From an uncultured Acidobacteriota bacterium (lineage in GTDB: Bacteria; Acidobacteriota; Thermoanaerobaculia; UBA5066; Gp7-AA6): DNA of 64,000 bases. Both the position numbers and the translations under genes were made by a program. Below are positions 58,204 through 64,000 of this stretch, piece by piece. Under the pieces are notes generated by a model that made no database searches, was not told the DNA's origin, and saw nothing but the letters and a program-made list of their open reading frames with translations. The stretch spans positions 18,743-82,742 of the forward strand of contig CAVXTP010000024.1 in NCBI GenBank assembly GCA_963764715.1, in the 5' to 3' direction. Positions within the stretch are counted from its first letter, which is position 1. Each line of letters starts with the position of its first letter.

Positions 58204-59970
58204 TCACGGGCACGCGAAGGCGGACGTGTCCTGGATCGGGACGAAGGCCGTCCCGCGCGCATTCGTGTACGTCTTCTGCGCCCCCGTCTGCGTGTCGGTG
58301 ACGGTCAGGACGACGCCGACGTTCGTCAGCCCGCCCGCGAAGACCCAGAAGTGGTTGCCGCTGATGCTGCACCCGTTCAGGACCTTGACGATCAGCTCGA
58401 TGTTGGCCGGGTTGAAGAACCAGAAGTAACCCGAGTCGCCCGTCAGGCTCTCGGCCTGCCCCGCGCCGCTCCCGGTGGCGGTCGACCAGACGACGTTCAC
58501 CCGGAAGCGGCCGCCGTTGAGGCACAGCGTCGTCGCGTCGGCCGTGCACGAATCCGGGCCGACCGGGGCGAGCCAGCTCTGGACCAGCGGGAAAGTCACC
58601 CGGAACGCGCCGTCGATCGAGGAGTTGTGCACGGAATCGCAGTCGTCGGTCTGGTTGGTCCCGCACGCGCCGCCGAGCTGGCCGATGACCTGCAGATTCT
58701 CGAGGTAGAGCGGCGAGCCCGAGCTGCCGCCGCCCGTGCCGCCGACGACATCCTTCTCGTAGAGATAGGGTCCCTGGGGCGCGTCGGAGCACTCGAAGGG
58801 GTCCGGGGTCGAGATGATGCTCTCCTTCGTATAGAACTGGGGGCGACCGTCGGGATAGCTCAGCCGGTACGCGAGCGTTCCCTGGGCATGCGTGAGGTCG
58901 TCGGTCGTCCAGCCGAGGAACACGCTGCCGTCCGGGGGATCCTGGGAGAGCTGCACGAGCGTGAAGTCGCTCGGCTCGCCCGTGGCAAGGAGCGTCGAGC
59001 CGAGCGTCCGGGGGAATCCGGCCGGCGACGGCTCGGGGCCGTTGCACGAGGACCGGACGTACTGCCAGACCGCCTCGAGCGAGGTGGCCGACGCCTGCGT
59101 GTTGAAGCAGTGGTTCGCGGTCAGCAGATACGGCACGAACGTGGCCGGCGACGCGTTGAGCAGCCCGCCCGAGCAGAGGTACAGGACACCCCCGTCGTCG
59201 AACGTGAGCGACGCGACCGACTTCGACGCGTCGGCGACGTTCGGGAACTCCGTCGTGGTCACGCAGGCCTCGTCGACGAAGCAGGTCTGGGACTTCGGCC
59301 GGCTCGCCCCGGCCGCGGCGCCCCGCGCGAAGGCCGCGTCGATGTGGATGACCGAAGCGACCGAGAGCGCGGCCTTCGAGGCGTCGAATGCGCCGGCCGG
59401 GAAACGCACCTGGAGGTAGACCTCCGCCGAGTACACCGTGTTCGTCCAGAAGCCTTCGGCGCGGGTGCCGCGCTCGAAGGCGTACGGTCCGTGGGTCTCG
59501 CCGTCCGCGGAGTAAACGTAGACGCGGCTGCCCGCGGGAAGCTGCGCGCTCGCGAAGCGGAGACGAACGGCCCCGGCGCCGGCCGAGGAGAACGTGGCCG
59601 TCCACGTCAGCACGCCGTCGGCGCCGCGCTCGAACAGGCCGCCCGCGACGAGCGCCGAACGGCCGGGCGGAAGGTCCTCCGGGACACCCAAGAATCCGAC
59701 CCGCTCGGGGAGGTCGCGCGCGATGCCGATCTTGAGGGCCGGGGCCTTGCGCCGGTACACCCCGCGCGAGTCCGGCATCGCGAGCTCGGCCGCGGCGGCG
59801 GGCGAAAGCGCGGGCAGATCGTGGCGTGCGCCGGCCGGCAGGGGACGGGCCGCCGGTTTCGCCTCGAGGGCCTCGGCGCGCTGCGCGGACGGTGCGTGGA
59901 AGACCGCGGGGCCCGTCTGGTACACCGGCGCCGACGCGGCCGCGAGCAGGGCGAGAAGGGGAAGGACCAT
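58204..59970 (-). CDS. Secreted lysyl-endopeptidase-like trypsin serine protease with an extra C-terminal domain
   Basis: CSGGLLN, LTANHC, SDFTL, GGSSGSPL; C-terminus LCLNGGRF...FWFF...ELIVKVL...DTSAF. Confidence 0.88.
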   Translation of the reverse strand: MVLPLLALLAAASAPVYQTGPAVFHAPSAQRAEALEAKPAARPLPAGARHDLPALSPAAAAELAMPDSRGVYRRKAPALKIGIARDLPERVGFLGVPEDLPPGRSALVAGGLFERGADGVLTWTATFSSAGAGAVRLRFASAQLPAGSRVYVYSADGETHGPYAFERGTRAEGFWTNTVYSAEVYLQVRFPAGAFDASKAALSVASVIHIDAAFARGAAAGASRPKSQTCFVDEACVTTTEFPNVADASKSVASLTFDDGGVLYLCSGGLLNASPATFVPYLLTANHCFNTQASATSLEAVWQYVRSSCNGPEPSPAGFPRTLGSTLLATGEPSDFTLVQLSQDPPDGSVFLGWTTDDLTHAQGTLAYRLSYPDGRPQFYTKESIISTPDPFECSDAPQGPYLYEKDVVGGTGGGSSGSPLYLENLQVIGQLGGACGTNQTDDCDSVHNSSIDGAFRVTFPLVQSWLAPVGPDSCTADATTLCLNGGRFRVNVVWSTATGSGAGQAESLTGDSGYFWFFNPANIELIVKVLNGCSISGNHFWVFAGGLTNVGVVLTVTDTQTGAQKTYTNARGTAFVPIQDTSAFACP

Positions 59971-59978
59971 GTCCGTGA

Positions 59979-61142
59979 TTATTGCAGACGGCGCAGCCAG
60001 ATTCCCTTGAGGTATTCACCTTCCGGACAGTCGAGCGAGACCGGATGGTCGGCGCCGGCCCCCTGTCTCCCGACGAGGGCGAACGCCGTCCGGGAGTCGA
60101 CGCTCGCCGAGAACACGATCTTCTGGAAGAGGTCCGCGTCCACGAGTCCCGAGCAAGAGCAGGTCAGCAGCCACCCCCCCGGCGCGACGAGGGACATGGC
60201 CAGGCGGTTGATGTCCTTGTAGCCTCGCGCGGCGCGATCCACGTCCGCCCGCTTCTTGGCGAACGCCGGCGGGTCGCAGACGACGGCGTCCCAGCGCTCG
60301 CGCGCCGCGACGCGCCGGCGCAGGTCGTCGAAGACGTCGGCCTCCACGAAGTCGGTATCGTCCGCGCCGAACCCGTTGGCCTCCCGGTTCGCCCGCGCCA
60401 GGACGAGCGCCCCGGGAGACGAGTCGACGTCGACCGCCCGGGCGGCGCCGCCCGCGAGCGCCGCCACCGAAAAGGCGCCGGAGTAGGAAAAGAGGTTGAG
60501 GACGGTGCGTCCGCGCTCCAGCGCGCGCAGCCGCGAGCGGTTGTCGCGCTGGTCGAGAAAGAAGCCGGTCTTCTGGCCTCCCCCGACGTCGGCCACGTAT
60601 CGGAGCCCGTTTTCCCGAAAGGCGACGCGGTCTTCCCCCGGGCCCGGCCCGGGGCGCGCCGCCTGGTCCCGCGCCGTCCCGCTCTCCCGCACGAGGAGGC
60701 GTCCCGGGGCGAAGACCTCGCGCACGGCCGCCTCCAGCTCTCCCCTCCAGGCCTCGGTCCCGGCCGTCGTCAGCTCGAGGACTGCCGTCTCGGCGTAAAC
60801 GTCGAGAAGGACCCCGGGACAACGGTCCCCCTCCGAGTTCACCGCGCGGTAACCGGTCGTCTCGGGCGGCAGGATCTCCGACCGCAGCGCGCGCGCCGCG
60901 GAGAAGCGCTCCCGGAAGAGGCCCCCATCCGGCGCGCGACCGTCGAAGGTCCAGAGACGCGCCAGGATCTGGGAGCCCGGCGAATAGGCCCCGCGCGCGA
61001 CGGGCCGGCCCGCCGCGTCGACGACCTCCGCGTGCCCGTCGGCGCCGTCGCCCTCGGCGGACGCAACCGCCCCCGAGAAGAGCCACGGGTGCCGGCGGGC
61101 GACGGACGCCTCGCGGCCCGGCTTCAACTGCAGGCGGATCAA
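59979..61142 (-). CDS. rlmI: RlmI-family class I SAM-dependent rRNA methyltransferase
   Basis: [11 protein letters not shown] domain, [46 protein letters not shown]. Confidence 0.88.
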   Translation of the reverse strand: MIRLQLKPGREASVARRHPWLFSGAVASAEGDGADGHAEVVDAAGRPVARGAYSPGSQILARLWTFDGRAPDGGLFRERFSAARALRSEILPPETTGYRAVNSEGDRCPGVLLDVYAETAVLELTTAGTEAWRGELEAAVREVFAPGRLLVRESGTARDQAARPGPGPGEDRVAFRENGLRYVADVGGGQKTGFFLDQRDNRSRLRALERGRTVLNLFSYSGAFSVAALAGGAARAVDVDSSPGALVLARANREANGFGADDTDFVEADVFDDLRRRVAARERWDAVVCDPPAFAKKRADVDRAARGYKDINRLAMSLVAPGGWLLTCSCSGLVDADLFQKIVFSASVDSRTAFALVGRQGAGADHPVSLDCPEGEYLKGIWLRRLQ

Positions 61143-61399
61143 AAGCCCTCGACGAGGGAGATGTCGCCCGTCTTGCGCGAGACGCTGCAGTCGATGCGCA
61201 GCGCCGAGGCCGAGCGCGCTTCCTGCTCGAAACGCGCCAGTCGCTCCGTGTCCCCGGCGAGCTCGGCCGGCCGGACTTTGGCCGCGACCTCCCGGGACAG
61301 GCGGGCGTCCTTGGCGCGGTACACCTCGCCCATCCCTCCGGCCCCGAGGGAGGCGAGGATCTCGTAAGCGCCGAGCCGGGTTCCCGCGGGGAGGGTCAT
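61139..61399 (-). pseudogene. Internally deleted Hanks-type Ser/Thr kinase remnant
   Basis: [40 protein letters not shown]...[12 protein letters not shown], then stop after 86 aa without HRD/DFG. Confidence 0.8.
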
Positions 61400-61484
61400 C
61401 GCGGGCTCAAAAATACACGCAACCGGGGCCAGGCTCCCGTCCACGACGGGCCTCAACAAACGGCCGGCTTCCTCCGTAGATACG

Positions 61485-61544
61485 GGCAGGCACACAGATC
61501 TCCTCCTTCGAGCCCCCCGAGTGAGACGGGGGGCTTCTTTTTTT
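61485..61544 (+). ncRNA. Candidate small RNA with CUCCUCCUU motif and intrinsic terminator
   Basis: gatctcctccttcg + agccccccg-agtgaga-cggggggct + T-run; plus-strand terminator with no plus-strand CDS upstream; 5' end uncertain. Confidence 0.45.
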
Positions 61545-61613
61545 GGGGCGAATCCCGGGCGATCGGACATGTTTTCGGAATTCCCGGTCCGGCCGGCGCG
61601 TTCCCGCCCGGGC

Positions 61614-62645
61614 TCAGCGCGATATCGCTGCGAGCACGGCGTATCCGAGCGCCCCGATCGCGGCGGCCATCGGAATCGTGAGCACCCAGGCATAGACGAT
61701 CCGTCCCGCGACCCCCCACCGCACCGCCGAGAACCGCTGCGTCGACCCGACGCCCAGGATGGCCCCGGTGATCGTGTGCGTCGTCGAGACGGGAATGCCC
61801 CACACCGACGCCGCGATGACCGTGGCCGCGGCGCCGGTCTCGGCGCAAAAGCCCGAGAAGGGCTTCAGCTTGGTGATGCGGCTGCCCATCGTGCGCACGA
61901 TGCGCCAGCCCCCCGTCAGGGTCCCGAGCCCGATCGCGGCGTGCGCCGACAGGATGATCCACCACGGCACGGTCTTCAGGTCCGGCAGGTGCATGAAGTG
62001 CAGGCGGGACGCCGGATCGGCGAAGTGGTGCTGGTTGGCGACGAGCAGCCCCCCGATGATGCCCATCGTCTTCTGGGCGTCGTTGGTGCCGTGCGAAAGC
62101 GAAAACGCGGCCGCCGACCCGAGCTGCGCGCGGCGGAACCACCGATCGACCGAACCGTACGGCGTCTTGTGGAAGAGCCACGACATGCCGATCATCATCA
62201 GCCAGCCGACGGCCATTCCCAGCAGCGGCGAGAGGACGATGAAGGAGATCGTCTTGACCCAGGCCATGCCCGGAACGATCGCCTTGATGCCCACCCGCGC
62301 GATCGCCGCTCCGGCGTACCCGCCGATCAGTGCGTGCGAAGAGGAGGACGGCAGGCCGAAGTACCAGGTGATGAGGTTCCAGAGGATCGCGCCGAGGAGG
62401 CCGCCGAGGACCACGTCGGAGTTGACGATGGTGATGTCGATCAGGCCGGACCCGATCGTCTTCGCGACAGCCGTCCCGAAGAAGAAGGCGGCCGCGAAGT
62501 TGAAGAACGCCGCCCAGAAGACCGCCACGAACGGCGACAGCACGCGCGTCGACACGACCGTGGCGATCGAGTTCGCCGAGTCGTGCATCCCGTTGATGAA
62601 GTCGAAGACGAGCGCGATGGCGATGATGAAGAGGACGTAGCTCAT
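61614..62645 (-). CDS. pit: Inorganic phosphate transporter (PiT family)
   Basis: [45 protein letters not shown]. Confidence 0.95.
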   Translation of the reverse strand: MSYVLFIIAIALVFDFINGMHDSANSIATVVSTRVLSPFVAVFWAAFFNFAAAFFFGTAVAKTIGSGLIDITIVNSDVVLGGLLGAILWNLITWYFGLPSSSSHALIGGYAGAAIARVGIKAIVPGMAWVKTISFIVLSPLLGMAVGWLMMIGMSWLFHKTPYGSVDRWFRRAQLGSAAAFSLSHGTNDAQKTMGIIGGLLVANQHHFADPASRLHFMHLPDLKTVPWWIILSAHAAIGLGTLTGGWRIVRTMGSRITKLKPFSGFCAETGAAATVIAASVWGIPVSTTHTITGAILGVGSTQRFSAVRWGVAGRIVYAWVLTIPMAAAIGALGYAVLAAISR

Positions 62646-62663
62646 GGCCGAGGCGTTCGCGCG

Positions 62664-63278
62664 TCAGGAGTGCTTCAGGACGACGCTCTCCAGCACGTGC
62701 GCGACGGCGACGCAGGAGTCGATGCTGCGCTCCATGTTGTCGTACACGTCCTTCCACTTGATGACTTCGATCGCCGGCATCTCGCCCGTGAAGAGCGAGG
62801 CGATGGCGCCGTGGTACACCACGTCGCCCTCGTTCTCGAGCTGCTTGATGCGGATGCACCGCTCCATGACGCCCTTCTGCTTGCGGAGGTGCGACACGGC
62901 CTGCACGAGCTCGGCCGTGGTCGTCACGATGAGCTTCGACAGCGTCTGCGCCAGCGGCGTCGGCCGGTCGATCTTGAAGAGCGAGAGCCGGCGGACGGTC
63001 CCGTCGATCAGGTCGATCACGTCGTCGAGCCGGACCGCCAGCTGGTGGATGTCCTCGCGGTCGATCGGGGTGATGAACGTCCGGTCGATGCCCCGCAGGA
63101 TCTCGTGCGAGATCTCGTCGCACTCGTGCTCGAGGCGCTTGACCTGGTCGGCCACGGTCGCGACGCTCGACTCGCCTTCGAAGAAGCGGGCGTGAATCTT
63201 GGCCGCCTCGTGGATGCGGACCGCGAGCTCGGTGAAGCGGTCGAAGTACTTTTCGTCTTTCGGCAGGAGGTTCAGCAT
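62664..63278 (-). CDS. DUF47 / PhoU-like Pit accessory protein
   Basis: LEHECD, TFITPIDREDI, LDDVID, LENEGD, IKWKDVY. Confidence 0.93.
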   Translation of the reverse strand: MLNLLPKDEKYFDRFTELAVRIHEAAKIHARFFEGESSVATVADQVKRLEHECDEISHEILRGIDRTFITPIDREDIHQLAVRLDDVIDLIDGTVRRLSLFKIDRPTPLAQTLSKLIVTTTAELVQAVSHLRKQKGVMERCIRIKQLENEGDVVYHGAIASLFTGEMPAIEVIKWKDVYDNMERSIDSCVAVAHVLESVVLKHS

Positions 63279-63351
63279 GGCGCGCCTCGGAGAGCGGCGC
63301 CATCCTACCGCAGAACTTCCGGCCCGCCCGGCATGCGCCGGGACGCGGGCT

Positions 63352-64000
63352 TCACGCCACGGCCGGAAACCGGACGTGGAAGGTGCTTCCCTGCCCGGCC
63401 TCCCCCTCGACGTCGACGCTGGCGCCGTGGAGCTGCGCGATGTGCTTGACGATCGCGAGCCCCAGGCCCGAGCCCGGCCGGACCTTCGAGCGCGAACGGT
63501 CGACCTGGTAGAAGCGCTGGAAGATCCTGTCCCGCTCGGCCTTCGGGATCCCCGGCCCGAGGTCCTCGACCGAGAACCCGGACCGGCCCGCCTGGCGCCA
63601 CACGCGCACGACGACGGGGGCCTTCTCGGGCGAGAACTTGATGGCGTTGTCGATCAGGTTGCGCGCGAGCTGCCCGATCCTGCGGCGGTCCCCGATCGCG
63701 GCGACGGAGGCGTCGCCGACGACCCGCACCTCGACCTGGCGCGCCCGGGCCGCCGGCTCGAGGTCTTCGGCGACCTCCGCCAGCAGCTCGCGCAGCGGGA
63801 TCTCCTCGCGCTCGAGGGGCACCGCGCCGCTCTCGATCTGCGCCAGGTCCATCAGGTCGTCGATCAGCTCGCGCATGCGGTCCGACTGCCGGCGGATCAA
63901 GCCCAGCAGCTCCGCCGTCTCGGCCCGGTCCGGCGCGCCCTCGGCGAGGGTCTCGGCCGCCGCGGCGATCGACGCGATCGGCGTCCGCAGCTCGTGCGAG
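63352..64000 (-). CDS. Sensor histidine kinase (PhoR-like), C-terminal part; start outside the window
   Basis: SHELRTPIASI H-box at the window edge, NLIDNAIKF, DLGPGIP, IFQRFYQVD, GSGLGLAIVKH; next to pit. Confidence 0.88.
   Translation of the reverse strand, partial: SHELRTPIASIAAAAETLAEGAPDRAETAELLGLIRRQSDRMRELIDDLMDLAQIESGAVPLEREEIPLRELLAEVAEDLEPAARARQVEVRVVGDASVAAIGDRRRIGQLARNLIDNAIKFSPEKAPVVVRVWRQAGRSGFSVEDLGPGIPKAERDRIFQRFYQVDRSRSKVRPGSGLGLAIVKHIAQLHGASVDVEGEAGQGSTFHVRFPAVA

Overview
High-GC bacterial chromosome segment. Gene content and style (wHTH-FHA regulator, Hanks kinase remnant, a C-terminal domain typical of Thermoanaerobaculia secreted proteins) suggest Acidobacteriota; this placement is inference. 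The window is mostly respiratory and housekeeping: recO, mqnE, sdhCAB-fumC, argF, a heme-copper oxidase cluster (coxB, frameshifted coxA, ctaA, cyoE, subunits IV and III, DUF420), a ccmABC/ccmDEF cytochrome c maturation operon split by an antisense BNR-repeat gene, a MacAB-like ABC exporter, lpdA, two acyl-CoA dehydrogenases, rlmI and a pit/DUF47/phoR-like block. The strongest hidden signal is an unannotated exported selenoprotein. ORFs 16193..17290 and 15437..16171 (minus strand) are one reading frame joined by an in-frame UGA at the active-site position of a thioredoxin fold (UxxS), followed directly by a SECIS-like hairpin and then a TlpA WCPPC domain. Other signals are a ~146-bp intergenic repeat with compensatory base changes, GTAG-type REPs, a candidate anti-SD sRNA, many apparently leaderless genes, and several small uncharacterised paralog pairs and microproteins. 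No CRISPR array, rRNA, complete tRNA or transposase was seen.
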